Notes: generated from the sequence alone by a model not told the origin. Positions 1 through 21,567 are shown, numbered from the stretch's first letter. The stretch: 64,000 nt of DNA from the human T2T-CHM13v2.0 reference genome, Homo sapiens (GCF_009914755.1 NC_060948.1); one strand, 5' to 3'. Translations and numbers: made by a program.

Positions 1-127
1 TAGCTAATTTTTTGGATTTTTAGTAGTGACAGCGTTTCACTGTATTGGCCAGGATGGTCTTGATCTCTTCACCTTGTGATCCCCTTGCCTTGGCCTCCAA
101 ATTTGCTGGGATTACAGGCCTGAGCCA
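1..127 (-). mobile_element. Alu (partial, cut by window edge)
   Basis: Reverse-complement Alu left arm: gctaattttttggatttttagtag ... gctgggattacaggcctgagcca. Confidence 0.9.
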
Positions 128-695
128 AGATCCATATTTTTTAAATGAAAAAAAATTTCAAAGGTACTCTGCTTGGTACAATAATCAAATGTATAAACTG
201 AGGAATAAAACATAACCATGAAACCTACTTATAACTGCATATGGAAAATACAGAGGATAATTTTTTAAATAACATATTTTGAAAGCCTTAACTAGTAATT
301 TGAAGAGTTGGCATTTGAAAGGCCAGTATGAATATACCTTCAATGCAGCAACACAGGTTCCCCATGAGAAAAAGCAAACACAGGGAAAATAAAAACACAA
401 AGGTTCAATCTCTTCTGACCTTTGAAAGACACAGCACAGACAGTGGTCCTTAGGACGAAGAGCAGGAGACCCCTAATTCCGTCACCATGGCGATAGGGCA
501 TAAACATTGCTGGGTGAGGGCACAATCCACATTGTGAGGTCCAACTGCTGCCAGGAAGACAGGAGTGCTTTTACATAGACCGAAAGGTCATTGAAGGCTC
601 AGAGTTTTGTTTCAAGAACTGAATCCCAAGCCCACACGTTATTAGGCTGCGCTTCTTAAAACAAGTTATGAGATGGGAAAAAGGGCACCCACAAA
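128..695. repeat. HSATI-like segment of the monomer (representative copy; follows every Alu)
   Basis: Complex, moderately GC-rich ~570-bp segment between the Alu 5' end and the AT-rich block. Name assigned from the known DYZ2 architecture, not from an alignment. Right boundary approximate. Confidence 0.8.
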
Positions 696-2538
<1,843 letters not shown>

Positions 2539-4631
2539 AGATCCATATTTTTTAAATGAAAAAAAATTTCAAAGGTACTCTGCTTGGTACAATAATCAAA
2601 TGTATAAACTGAGGAATAAAACATAACCATGAAACCTACTTATAACTGCATATGGAAAATACAGAGGATAATTTTTTAAATAACATATTTTGAAAGCCTT
2701 AACTAGTAATTTGAAGAGTTGGCATTTGAAAGGCCAGTATGAATATACCTTCAAAGCAGCAACACAGGTTCCCCATGAGAAAAAGCAAACACAGGGAAAA
2801 TAAAAACACAAAGGTTCAATCTCTTCTGACCTTTGAAAGACACAGCACAGACAGTGGTCCTTAGGACGAAGAGCAGGAGACCCCTAATTCCGTCACCATG
2901 GCGATAGGGCATAAACATTGCTGGGTGAGGGCACAATCCACATTGTGAGGTCCAACTGCTGCCAGGAAGACAGGAGTGCTTTTACATAGACCGAAAGGTC
3001 ATTGAAGGCTCAGAGTTTTGTTTCAAGAACTGAATCCCAAGCCCACACGTTATTAGGCTGCGCTTCTTAAAACAAGTTATGAGATGGGAAAAAGGGCACC
3101 CACAAACATACGTATACATTATGTATATAATAATATACAGTATCATAAATATAATATATATAACCTATGTATAATATTGTTTTACATCCTATATCTTATG
3201 TTATATATATTGTATAAAATATAATAATTGATAATATATAAGTTTTATAATTATACAATATGACATATAGTATATATTATAATTTATGACATATATAATA
3301 TATGTTATATATCATATATAGAATATATTATACGGTTAATATACGTATTAAATATAAATTATACATTATATATATTATATATAATATATCTGTTATATAT
3401 AATACCCATTATGCATAATATATATATTATGTCTATGTTATATATAGTATAAAACAACATATAATAATATATAATTGTATATATAAAATGCGACATATAA
3501 TATATATTATATTTTATAACATATGTAATATATATTATATATAATACGTTGTATGTATAATACCTATATTAAATATATATTATATGACTATGTTATTAAT
3601 TACATGTCACATGTGTTATATATTATATATTTTACATAGAATATACCGGTTACATACAATATATACTATGTTACCTATAATGTATAATTTATTACATGTA
3701 AAATAAAGAATGCAATATATTATGTAAAATTTATATCATACAATATGTGGAATGTGATTTATATAACATATAATATATGATATATGATATACAGTATATG
3801 ATATATAACATACAATATATGATTCCTAATATATATGGTATACAATATATATTTTATGATATGTATTCTATATGTTTTATATTCTGTTATATATAACTAT
3901 TTGAAATTATATATAACTGTATAATATTTTATGTAAATATGTAATATAATATATATAACTATATAATATATTATATATAACTATATATTATGTTATATAT
4001 ACTTTTATAACATAATTTACATAAAATATCATAATATAATATATATTATATTATTTCATATTACATAATATATATTACATATCACCCAATATAACTAACA
4101 TACATATTATAATATAGATTATATTGTGTAATATTAAATATCATATATATCATGTATCATATATTCTATAATATATATTACACATTATATAATATGTATG
4201 TTGTCTATTATGTGATATATATAACTATATATAATTATATTTTTATACATATAACTAGATAAACATGTAATTCTACATATTTTCATTTATAATATGTAGA
4301 ATTATATAATCATATATAATTATTTATATTCTATAAAAAATTGTATCATTCTATAAATTATAATATATAAAAATTATAATATGTACTACAAATATATATA
4401 TTATATATCATATATGATATAGTACCTTTGTTATATATCATAATACATATAAATGTGTATTATGTTATCTCTAATTATATAATTTCATATATAAGATGTA
4501 TAATATGTATCATATATTATATATGTTATGTAATATATATAGTATATATAAGATGACACAGGATAAATATTATATACTATGACATATAAAATAGATGAGG
4601 TTATATGTTACATATAAGGCATAGCACATAA

Positions 4632-4946
<315 letters not shown>

Positions 4947-7050
4947 AGATCCATATTTTTTAAATGAAAAAAAATTTCAAAGGTACTCTGCTTGGTACAA
5001 TAATCAAATGTATAAACTGAGGAATAAAACATAACCATGAAACCTACTTATAACTGCATATGGAAAATACAGAGGATAATTTTTTAAATAACATATTTTG
5101 AAAGCCTTAACTAGTAATTTGAAGAGTTGGCATTTGAAAGGCCAGTATGAATATACCTTCAAAGCAGCAACACAGGTTCCCCATTTGAAAAAGCAAACAC
5201 AGGGAAAATAAAAACACAAAGGTTCAATCTCTTCTGACCTTTGAAAGACACAGCACAGACAGTGGTCCTTAGGACGAAGAGCAGGAGACCCCTAATTCCG
5301 TCACCATGGCGATAGGGCATAAACATTGCTGGGTGAGGGCACAATCCACATTGTGAGGTCCAACTGCTGCCAGGAAGACAGGAGTGCTTTTACATAGACC
5401 GAAAGGTCATTGAAGGCTCAGAGTTTTGTTTCAAGAACTGAATCCCAAGCCCACACGTTATTAGGCTGCGCTTCTTAAAACAAGTTATGAGATGGGAAAA
5501 AGGGCACCCACAAACATACGTATACATTATGTATATAATAATATACAGTATCATATATATAATATATATAACCTATGTATAATATTGTTTTACATCCTAT
5601 ATCTTATGTTATATATATTGTATAAAATATAATAATTGATAATATATAAGTTTTATAATTATACAATATGACATATAGTATATATTATAATTTATGACAT
5701 ATATAATATATGTTATATATCATATATAGAATATATTATACGGTTAATATACGTATTAAATATAAATTATACATTATATATATTATATATAATATATCTG
5801 TTATATATAATACCCATTATGCATAATATATATATTATGTCTATGTTATATATAGTATAAAACAACATATAATAATATATAATTGTATATATAAAATGCG
5901 ACATATAATATATATTATATTTTATAAGATATGTAATATATATTATATATTATATATAATACGTTGTATGTATAATACCTATATTAAATATATATTATAT
6001 GACTATGTTATTAATTACATGTCACATGTGTTATATATTATATATTTTACATAGAATATACCGGTTACATACAATATATACTATGTTACCTATAATGTAT
6101 AATTTATTACATGTGAAATAAAAATGCAATATATTATGTAAAATTTATAACATACAATATGTGGAATGTGATATATATAACATATAATATATGATATATG
6201 ATATACAGTATATGATATATAACATACAATATATGATTCCTAATATATATGGTATACAATATATATTTTATGATATGTATTCTATATGTTTTATATTCTG
6301 TTATATATAACTATTTGAAATTATATATAACTGTATAATATTTTATGTAAATATGTAATATAATATATATAACTATATAATATATTATATATAACTATAT
6401 ATTATGTTATATATACTTTTATAACATAATTTACATAAAATATCATAATATAATATATATTATATTATTTCATATTACATAATATATATTACATATCACC
6501 CAATATAACTAACATACATAATATTATTATATAGATTATATTGTGTTATATTAAATATCATATATATCATGTATCATATATTCTATAATATATATTACAC
6601 ATTATATAATATGTATGTTGTCTATTATGTGATATATATAACTATATATATAATTATATTTTTATACATATAACTAGATAAACATGTAATTCTACATATT
6701 TTCATTTATAATATGTAGAATTATATAATCATATATAATTATTTATATTCTATAAAAAATTTTATCATTCTATAAATTATAATATATAAAAATTATAATA
6801 TGTACTACAAATATATATATTATATATCATATATGATATAGTACCTTTGTTATATATCATAATACATATAAATGTGTATTATGTTATCTATAATTATATA
6901 ATTTCATATATAAGATGTATAATATGTATCATATATTATATATGTTATGTAATATATATAGTATATATAAGATGACACAGGATAAATATTATATACTATG
7001 ACATATAAAATAGATGAGGTCATATGTTACATATAAGGCATAGCACATAA

Positions 7051-7365
<315 letters not shown>

Positions 7366-9484
7366 AGATCCATACTTTTTAAATGAAAAAAAATTTCAAA
7401 GGTACTCTGCTTGGTACAATAATCAAATGTATAAACTGAGGAATAAAACATAACCATGAAACCTACTTATAACTGCATATGGAAAATACAGAGGATAATT
7501 TTTTAAATAACATATTTTGAAAGCCTTAACTAGTAATTTGAAGAGTTGGCATTTGAAAGGCCAGTATGAATATACCTTCAAAGCAGCAACACAGGTTCCC
7601 CATGAGAAAAAGCAAACTCAGGGAAAATAAAAACACAAAGGTTCAATCTCTTCTGACCTTTGAAAGACACAGCACAGACAGTGGTCCTTAGGACGAAGAG
7701 CAGGAGACCCCTAATTCCGTCACCATGGCGATAGGGCATAAACATTGCTGGGTGAGGGCACAATCCACATTGTGAGGTCCAACTGCTGCCAGGAAGACAG
7801 GAGTGCTTTTACATAGACCGAAAGGTCATTGAAGGCTCAGAGTTTTGTTTCAAGAACTGAATCCCAAGCCCACACGTTATTAGGCTGCGCTTCTTAAAAC
7901 AAGTTATGAGATGGGAAAAAGGGCACCCACAAACATACGTATACATTATGTATATAATAATATACAGGGTCATATATATAATATATATAACCTATGTATA
8001 ATATTGTTTTACATCCTGCATCTTATGTTATATATATTGTATAAAATATAATAATTGATAATATATAAGTTTTATAATTATACAATATGACATATAGTAT
8101 ATATTATAATTTATGACATATATAATATATGTTATATATCATATATAGAATATATTATACGGTTAATATACGTATTAAATATAAATTATACATTATATAT
8201 ATTATATATAATATATCTGTTATATATAATACCCATTATGCATAATATATATATTATGTCTATGTTATATATAGTATAAAACAACATATAATAATATATA
8301 ATTGTATATATAAAATGCGACATATAATATATATTATATTTTATAACATATGTAATATATATTATATATAATACGTTGTATGTATAATACCTATATTAAA
8401 TATATATTATATGACTATGTTATTAATTACATGTCACATGTGTTATATATTATATATTTTACATAGAATATACCGGTTACATACAATATATACTATGTTA
8501 CCTATAATGTATAATTTATTACATGTAAAATAAAGAATGCAATATATTATGTAAAATTTATATCATACAATATGTGGAATGTGATGTATATAACATATAA
8601 TATATGATATATGATATACAGTATATGATATATAACATACAATATATGATTCCTAATATATATGGTATACAATATATATTTTATGATATGTATTCTATAT
8701 GTTTTATATTCTGTTATATATAACTATTTGAAATTATATATAACTGTATAATATTTTATGTAAATATGTAATATAATATATATAACTATATAATATATTA
8801 TATATAACTATATATTATGTTATATATACTTTTATAACATAATTTACATAAAATATCATAATATAATATATATTATATTATTTCATATTACATAATATAT
8901 ATTACATATCACCCAATATAACTAACATACATAATATTATAATATAGATTATATTGTGTTATATTAAATATCATATATATCATGTATCATATATTCTATA
9001 CTATATATTACACATTATATAATATGTATGTTGTCTATTATGTGATATATATAACTATATATATAATTATATTTTTATACATATAACTAGATAAACATGT
9101 AATTCTACATATTTTCATTTATAATATGTAGAATTATATAATCATATATAATTATTTATATTGTATAAAAAATTTTATTATTATATAAATTATAATATAT
9201 AAAAATTATAATATGTACTACAAATATATATATTATAAATCATATATGATATAGTACCTTTGTTATATATCATAATACATATAAATGTGTATTATGTTAT
9301 CTATAATTATATAATTTCATATATAAGATGTATAATATGTATCATATATTATATATGTTATGTAATATATATAGTATATATAAGATGACAGGATAAATAT
9401 TATATACTATGACATATAAAATATATGAGGTTATATGTTACATATAAGGCATAGCACATAACATGTAATATATATCATATATAA

Positions 9485-9776
9485 TTTTTTTTTAGACAGA
9501 ATCTTGTCCTGTTGCACAGGGTGGGGTACAATGGCGCCATCTTTGCTCACTGCAGCTTCTGCCTCACGGGTCCAAGCGATTGTCCTCCCTCAGCCTCCCA
9601 GGTAGCTGGGACTACACCACACTGGGACTACACCAGCTGCCACCATGCCTAGCTAATTTTTTGGATTTTTAGTAGTGACAGCGTTTCACTGTATTGGCCA
9701 GGATGGTCTTGATCTCTTCACCTTGTGATCCCCTTGCCTTGGCCTCCAAATTTGCTGGGATTACAGGCCTGAGCCA
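9485..9776 (-). mobile_element. Diverged Alu (monomer copy)
   Basis: Near-identical to 2247-2538. Confidence 0.92.
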
Positions 9777-11872
9777 AGATCCATATTTTTTAAATGAAAA
9801 AAAATTTCAAAGGTACTCTGCTTGGTACAATAATCAAATGTATAAACTGAGGAATAAAACATAACCATGAAACCTACTTATAACTGCATATGGAAAATAC
9901 AGAGGATAATTTTTTAAATAACATATTTTGAAAGCCTTAACTAGTAATTTGAAGAGTTGGCATTTGAAAGGCCAGTATGAATATACCTTCAAAGCAGCAA
10001 CACAGGTTCCCCATGAGAAAAAGCAAACACAGGGAAAATAAAAACACAAAGGTTCAATCTCTTCTGACCTTTGAAAGACACAGCACAGACAGTGGTCCTT
10101 AGGACGAAGAGCAGGAGACCCCTAATTCCGTCACCATGGCGATAGGGCATAAACATTGCTGGGTGAGGGCACAATCCACATTGTGAGGTCCAACTGCTGC
10201 CAGGAAGACAGGAGTGCTTTTACATAGACCGAAAGGTCATTGAAGGCTCAGAGTTTTGTTTCAAGAACTGAATCCCAAGCCCACACGTTATTAGGCTGCG
10301 CTTCTTAAAACAAGTTATGAGATGGGAAAAAGGGCACCCACAAACATACGTATACATTATGTATATAATAATATACAGTATCATATATATAATATATATA
10401 ACCTATGTATAATATTGTTTTACATCCTGCATCTTATGTTATATATATTGTATAAAATATAATAATTGATAATATATAAGTTTTATAATTATACAATATG
10501 ACATATAGTATATATTATAATTTATGAAATATATAATATATGTTATATATCATATATAGAATATATTATACGGTTAATATACGTATTAAATATAAATTAT
10601 ACATTATATATATTATATATAATATATCTGTTATATATAATACACATTATGTATAATATATATATTATGTCTATGTTATATATAGTATAAAACAACATAT
10701 AATAATATATAATTGTATATATAAAATGCGACATATAATATATATTATATTTTATAACATATGTAATATATATTATATATAATACGTTGTATGTATAATA
10801 CCTATATTAAATATATATTATATGACTATGTTATTAATTATATGTCACATGTGTTATATATAATATATTTTACATAGAATATACCGGTTACATACAATAT
10901 ATACTATGTTACCTATAATGTATAATTTATTACATGTAAAATAAAGAATGCAATATATTATGTAAAATTTATAACATACAATATGTGGAATGTGATATAT
11001 ATAACATATAATATATGATATATGATATACAATATATGATATATAACATACAATATATGATTCCTAATATATATGGTATACAATATATATTTTATGATAT
11101 GTATTCTCTATGTTTTATATTCTGTTATATATAACTATTTGAAATTATATATAACTGTATAATATTTTATGTAAATATGTAATATAATATATATAACTAT
11201 ATAATATATTATATATAACTATATATTATGTTATATATACTTTTATAACATAATTTACATAAAATATCATAATATAATATATATTATATTATTTCATATT
11301 ACATAATATATATTACATATCACCCAATATAACTAACATACATAATATTATAATATAGATTATATTGTGTAATATTAAATATCATATATATCATGTATCA
11401 TATATTCTATAATATATATTACACATTATATAATATGTATGTTGTCTATTATGTGATATATATAACTATATATAATTATATTTTTATACATATAACTAGA
11501 TAAACATGTAATTCTACATATTTTCATTTATAATATGTAGAATTATATAATCATATATAATTATTTATATTCTATAAAAAATTGTATCATTCTATAAATT
11601 ATAATATATAAAAATTATAATATGTACTACAAATATATATATTATATATCATATATGATATAGTACCTTTGTTATATATCATAATACATATAAATGTGTA
11701 TTATGTTATCTCTAATTATATAATTTCATATATAAGATGTATAATATGTATCATATATTATATATGTTATGTAATATATATAGTATATATAAGATGACAC
11801 AGGATAAATATTATATACTATGACATATAAAATAGATGAGGTTATATGTTACATATAAGGCATAGCACATAA

Positions 11873-12187
<315 letters not shown>

Positions 12188-14314
12188 AGATCCATATTTT
12201 TTAAATGAAAAAAAATTTCAAAGGTACTCTGCTTGGTACAATAATCAAATGTATAAACTGAGGAATAAAACATAACCATGAAACCTACTTATAACTGCAT
12301 ATGGAAAATACAGAGGATAATTTTTTAAATAACATATTTTGAAAGCCTTAACTAGTAATTTGAAGAGTTGGCATTTGAAAGGCCAGTATGAATATACCTT
12401 CAAAGCAGCAACACAGGTTCCCCATTTGAAAAAGCAAACACAGGGAAAATAAAAACACAAAGGTTCAATCTCTTCTGACCTTTGAAAGACACAGCACAGA
12501 CAGTGGTCCTTAGGACGAAGAGCAGGAGACCCCTAATTCCGTCACCATGGCGATAGGGCATAAACATTGCTGGGTGAGGGCACAATCCACATTGTGAGGT
12601 CCAACTGCTGCCAGGAAGACAGGAGTGCTTTTACATAGACCGAAAGGTCATTGAAGGCTCAGAGTTTTGTTTCAAGAACTGAATCCCAAGCCCACACGTT
12701 ATTAGGCTGCGCTTCTTAAAACAAGTTATGAGATGGGAAAAAGGGCACCCACAAACATACGTATACATTATGTATATAATAATATACAGTATCATATATA
12801 TAATATATATAACCTATGTATAATATTGTTTTACATCCTATATCTTATGTTATATATATTGTATAAAATATAATAATTGATAATATATAAGTTTTATAAT
12901 TATACAATATGACATATAGTATATATTATAATTTATGACATATATAATATATGTTATATATCATATATAGAATATATTATACGGTTAATATACGTATTAA
13001 ATATAAATTATACATTATATATATTATATATAATATATCTGTTATATATAATACCCATTATGCATAATATATATATTATGTCTATGTTATATATAGTATA
13101 AAACAACATATAATAATATATAATTGTATATATAAAATGCGACATATAATATATATTATATTTTATAAGATATGTAATATATATTATATATTATATATAA
13201 TACGTTGTATGTATAATACCTATATTAAATATATATTATATGACTATGTTATTAATTACATGTCACATGTGTTATATATTATATATTTTACATAGAATAT
13301 ACCGGTTACATACAATATATACTATGTTACCTATAATGTATAATTTATTACATGTGAAATAAAAATGCAATATATTATGTAAAATTTATAACATACAATA
13401 TGTGGAATGTGATATATATAACATATAATATATGATATATGATATACAGTATATGATATATAACATACAATATATGATTCCTAATATATATGGTATACAA
13501 TATATATTTTATGATATGTATTCTATATGTTTTATATTCTGTTATATATAACTATTTGAAATTATATATAACTGTATAATATTTTATGTAAATATGTAAT
13601 ATAATATATATAACTATATAATATATTATATATAACTATATATTATGTTATATATACTTTTATAACATAATTTACATAAAATATCATAATATAATATATA
13701 TTATATTATTTCATATTACATAATATATATTACATATCACCCAATATAACTAACATACATAATATTATTATATAGATTATATTGTGTTATATTAAATATC
13801 ATATATATCATGTATCATATATTCTATAATATATATTACACATTATATAATATGTATGTTGTCTATTATGTGATATATATAACTATATATATAATTATAT
13901 TTTTATACATATAACTAGATAAACATGTAATTCTACATATTTTCATTTATAATATGTAGAATTATATAATCATATATAATTATTTATATTCTATAAAAAA
14001 TTTTATCATTCTATAAATTATAATATATAAAAATTATAATATGTACTACAAATATATATATTATATATCATATATGATATAGTACCTTTGTTATATATCA
14101 TAATACATATAAATGTGTATTATGTTATCTATAATTATATAATTTCATATATAAGATGTATAATATGTATCATATATTATATATGTTATGTAATATATAT
14201 AGTATATATAAGATGACACAGGATAAATATTATATACTATGACATATAAAATAGATGAGGTCATATGTTACATATAAGGCATAGCACATAACATGTAATA
14301 TATATCATATATAA

Positions 14315-14606
<292 letters not shown>

Positions 14607-16704
14607 AGATCCATACTTTTTAAATGAAAAAAAATTTCAAAGGTACTCTGCTTGGTACAATAATCAAATGTATAAACTGAGGAATAAAACATAACCATGA
14701 AACCTACTTATAACTGCATATGGAAAATACAGAGGATAATTTTTTAAATAACATATTTTGAAAGCCTTAACTAGTAATTTGAAGAGTTGGCATTTGAAAG
14801 GCCAGTATGAATATACCTTCAAAGCAGCAACACAGGTTCCCCATGAGAAAAAGCAAACTCAGGGAAAATAAAAACACAAAGGTTCAATCTCTTCTGACCT
14901 TTGAAAGACACAGCACAGACAGTGGTCCTTAGGACGAAGAGCAGGAGACCCCTAATTCCGTCACCATGGCGATAGGGCATAAACATTGCTGGGTGAGGGC
15001 ACAATCCACATTGTGAGGTCCAACTGCTGCCAGGAAGACAGGAGTGCTTTTACATAGACCGAAAGGTCATTGAAGGCTCAGAGTTTTGTTTCAAGAACTG
15101 AATCCCAAGCCCACACGTTATTAGGCTGCGCTTCTTAAAACAAGTTATGAGATGGGAAAAAGGGCACCCACAAACATACGTATACATTATGTATATAATA
15201 ATATACAGGGTCATATATATAATATATATAACCTATGTATAATATTGTTTTACATCCTGCATCTTATGTTATATATATTGTATAAAATATAATAATTGAT
15301 AATATATAAGTTTTATAATTATACAATATGACATATAGTATATATTATAATTTATGACATATATAATATATGTTATATATCATATATAGAATATATTATA
15401 CGGTTAATATACGTATTAAATATAAATTATACATTATATATATTATATATAATATATCTGTTATATATAATACCCATTATGCATAATATATATATTATGT
15501 CTATGTTATATATAGTATAAAACAACATATAATAATATATAATTGTATATATAAAATGCGACATATAATATATATTATATTTTATAACATATGTAATATA
15601 TATTATATATAATACGTTGTATGTATAATACCTATATTAAATATATATTATATGACTATGTTATTAATTACATGTCACATGTGTTATATATTATATATTT
15701 TACATAGAATATACCGGTTACATACAATATATACTATGTTACCTATAATGTATAATTTATTACATGTAAAATAAAGAATGCAATATATTATGTAAAATTT
15801 ATATCATACAATATGTGGAATGTGATGTATATAACATATAATATATGATATATGATATACAGTATATGATATATAACATACAATATATGATTCCTAATAT
15901 ATATGGTATACAATATATATTTTATGATATGTATTCTATATGTTTTATATTCTGTTATATATAACTATTTGAAATTATATATAACTGTATAATATTTTAT
16001 GTAAATATGTAATATAATATATATAACTATATAATATATTATATATAACTATATATTATGTTATATATACTTTTATAACATAATTTACATAAAATATCAT
16101 AATATAATATATATTATATTATTTCATATTACATAATATATATTACATATCACCCAATATAACTAACATACATAATATTATAATATAGATTATATTGTGT
16201 AATATTAAATATCATATATATCATGTATCATATATTCTATAATATATATTACACATTATATAATATGTATGTTGTCTATTATGTGATATATATAACTATA
16301 TATATAATTATATTTTTATACATATAACTAGATAAACATGTAATCCTACATATTTTCATTTATAATATGTAGAATTATATAATCATATATAATTATTTAT
16401 ATTGTATAAAAAATTTTATCATTATATAAATTATAATATATAAAAATTATAATAGGTACTACAAATATATATATTATATATCATATATGATATAGTACCT
16501 TTGTTATATATCATAATACATATAAATGTGTATTATGTTATCTATAATTATATAATTTCATATATAAGATGTATAATATGTATCATATATTATATATGTT
16601 ATGTAATATATATAGTATATATAAGATGACACAGGATAAATATTATATACTATGACATATAAAATATATGAGGTTATATGTTACATATAAGGCATAGCAC
16701 ATAA

Positions 16705-17019
<315 letters not shown>

Positions 17020-19126
17020 AGATCCATATTTTTTAAATGAAAAAAAATTTCAAAGGTACTCTGCTTGGTACAATAATCAAATGTATAAACTGAGGAATAA
17101 AACATAACCATGAAACCTACTTATAACTGCATATGGAAAATACAGAGGATAATTTTTTAAATAACATATTTTGAAAGCCTTAACTAGTAATTTGAAGAGT
17201 TGGCATTTGAAAGGCCAGTATGAATATACCTTCAAAGCAGCAACACAGGTTCCCCATGAGAAAAAGCAAACACAGGGAAAATAAAAACACAAAGGTTCAA
17301 TCTCTTCTGACCTTTGAAAGACACAGCACAGACAGTGGTCCTTAGGACGAAGAGCAGGAGACCCCTAATTCCGTCACCATGGCGATAGGGCATAAACATT
17401 GCTGGGTGAGGGCACAATCCACATTGTGAGGTCCAACTGCTGCCAGGAAGACAGGAGTGCTTTTACATAGACCGAAAGGTCATTGAAGGCTCAGAGTTTT
17501 GTTTCAAGAACTGAATCCCAAGCCCACACGTTATTAGGCTGCGCTTCTTAAAACAAGTTATGAGATGGGAAAAAGGGCACCCAAAAACATACGTATACAT
17601 TATGTATATAATAATATACAGTGTCATATATATAATATATATAACCTATGTATAATATTGTTTTACATCCTGCATCTTATGTTATTTATATTGTATAAAA
17701 TATAATAATTGATAATATATAAGTTTTATAATTATACAATATGACATATAGTATATATTATAATTTATGACATATATAATATATGTTATATATCATATAT
17801 AGAATATAGTATACGGTTAATATACGTATTAAATATAAATTATACATTATATATATTATATATAATATATCTGTTATATATAATACCCATTATGCATAAT
17901 ATATATATTATGTCTATGTTATATATAGTATAAAACAACATATAATAATATATAATTGTATATATAAAATGCGACATATAATATATATTATATTTTATAA
18001 TATATGTAATATATATTATATATTATATATAATACGTTGTATGTATAATACCTATATTAAATATATATTATATGACTATGTTATTAATTACATGTCACAT
18101 GTGATATATATTATATATTTTACATAGAATATACCGGTTACATACAATATATACTATGTTACCTATAATGTATAATTTATTACATGTAAAATAAAGAATG
18201 CAATATATTATGTAAAATTTATAACATACAATATGTGGAATGTGATATATATAACATATAATATATGATATATGATATACAGTATATGATATATAACATA
18301 CAATATATGATTCCTATTATATATGGTATACAATATATATTTTATGATATGTATTCTATATGTTTTATATTCTGTTATATATAACTATTTGAAATTATAT
18401 ATAACTGTATAATATTTTATGTAAATATGTAATATAATATATATAACTATATAATATATTATATATAACTATATATTATGTTATATATACTTTTATAACA
18501 TAATTTACATAAAATATCATAATATAATATATATTATATTATTTCATATTACATAATATATATTACATATCACCCAATATATCTAACATACATAATATTA
18601 TAATATAGATTATATTATGTTATATTAAATATCATATATATCATGTATCATATATTCTATAATATATATTACACATTATATAATATGTATGTTGTCTATT
18701 GTGTGATATATATAACTATATATATAATTATATTTTTATACATATAACTAGATAAACATGTAATCCTACATATTTTCATTTATAATATGTAGAATTATAT
18801 AATCATATGTAATTATTTATATTCTATAAAAAATTTTATCATTATATAAATTATAATATATAAAAATTATAATATGTACTACAAATATATATATATTATA
18901 TATCATATATGATATAGTACCTTTGTTATATATCATAATACATATAAATGTGTATTATGTTATCTATAATTATATAATTTCATATATAAGATGTATAATA
19001 TGTATCATATATTATATATGTTATGTAATATATATAGTATATATAAGATGACACAGGATAAATATTATATACTATGACATATAAAATATATGAGGTTATA
19101 TGTTACATATAAGGCATAGCACATAA

Positions 19127-19441
<315 letters not shown>

Positions 19442-21567
19442 AGATCCATACTTTTTAAATGAAAAAAAATTTCAAAGGTACTCTGCTTGGTACAATAATC
19501 AAATGTATAAACTGAGGAATAAAACATAACCATGAAACCTACTTATAACTGCATATGGAAAATACAGAGGATAATTTTTTAAATAACATATTTTGAAAGC
19601 CTTAACTAGTAATTTGAAGAGTTGGCAGTTGAAAGGCCAGTATGAATATACCTTCAAAGCAGCAACACAGGTTCCCCATGAGAAAAAGCAAACTCAGGGA
19701 AAATAAAAACACAAAGGTTCAATCTCTTCTGACCTTTGAAAGACACAGCACAGACAGTGGTCCTTAGGACGAAGAGCAGGAGACCCCTAATTCCGTCACC
19801 ATGGCGATAGGGCATAAACATTGCTGGGTGAGGGCACAATCCACATTGTGAGGTCCAACTGCTGCCAGGAAGACAGGAGTGCTTTTACATAGACCGAAAG
19901 GTCATTGAAGGCTCAGAGTTTTGTTTCAAGAACTGAATCCCAAGCCCACACGTTATTAGGCTGCGCTTCTTAAAACAAGTTATGAGATGGGAAAAAGGGC
20001 ACCCACAAACATACGTATACATTATGTATATAATAATATACAGTGTCATATATATAATATATATAACCTATGTATAATATTGTTTTACATCCTGCATCTT
20101 ATGTTATATATATTGTATAAAATATAATTATTGATAATATATAAGTTTTATAATTATGCTATATGACATATAGTATATATTATAATTTATGACATATATA
20201 ATATATGTTATATATCATATATAGAATATATTATACGGTTAATATACGTATTAAATATAAATTATACATTATATATATTATATATAATATATCTGTTATA
20301 TATAATACCCATTATGCATAATATATATATTATGTCTATGTTATATATAGTATAAAACAACATATAATAATATATAATTGTATATATAAAATGCGACATA
20401 TAATATATATTATATTTTATAACATATGTAATATATATTATATATTATATATAATACGTTGTATGTATAATACCTATATTAAATATATATTATATGACTA
20501 TGTTATTAATTACATGTCACATGTGTTATATATTATATATTTTACATAGAATATACCGGTTACATACAATATATACTATGTTACCTATAATGTATAATTT
20601 ATTACATGTAAAATAAAGAATGCAATATATTATGTATAATTTATAATAAACAATATGTGGAATGTGATATATATAACATATAATATATGATATATGATAT
20701 ACAGTATATGATATATAACATACAATATAAGATTCCTAATATATATGGTATACAATATATATTTTATGATATGTATTCTATATGTTTTATATTCTGTTAT
20801 ATATAACTATTTGAAATTATATATAACTGTATAATATTTTATGTAAATATGTAATATAATATATATAACTATATAATATATTATATATAACTATATATTA
20901 TGTTATATATGCTTTTATAACATAATTTACATAAAATATCATAATATAATATATATTATATTATTTCATATTACATAATATATATTACATATCACCCAAT
21001 ATAACTAACATACATAATATTATAATATAGATTATATTGTGTTATATTAAATATCATATATATCATGTATCATATATTCTATACTATATATTACACATTA
21101 TATAATATGTATGTTGTCTATTATGTGATATATATAACTATATATATAATTATATTTTTATACATATAACTAGATAAACATGTAATTCTACATATTTTCA
21201 TTTATAATATGTAGAATTATATAATCATATATAATTATTTATATTGTATAAAAAATTTTATTATTATATAAATTATAATATATAAAAATTATAATATGTA
21301 CTACAAATATATATATTATAAATCATATATGATATAGTACCTTTGTTATATATCATAATACATATAAATGTGTATTATGTTATCTATAATTATATAATTT
21401 CATATATAAGATGTATAATATGTATCATATATTATATATGTTATGTAATATATATAGTATATATAAGATGACAGGATAAATATTATATACTATGACATAT
21501 AAAATATATGAGGTTATATGTTACATATAAGGCATAGCACATAACATGTAATATATATCATATATAA

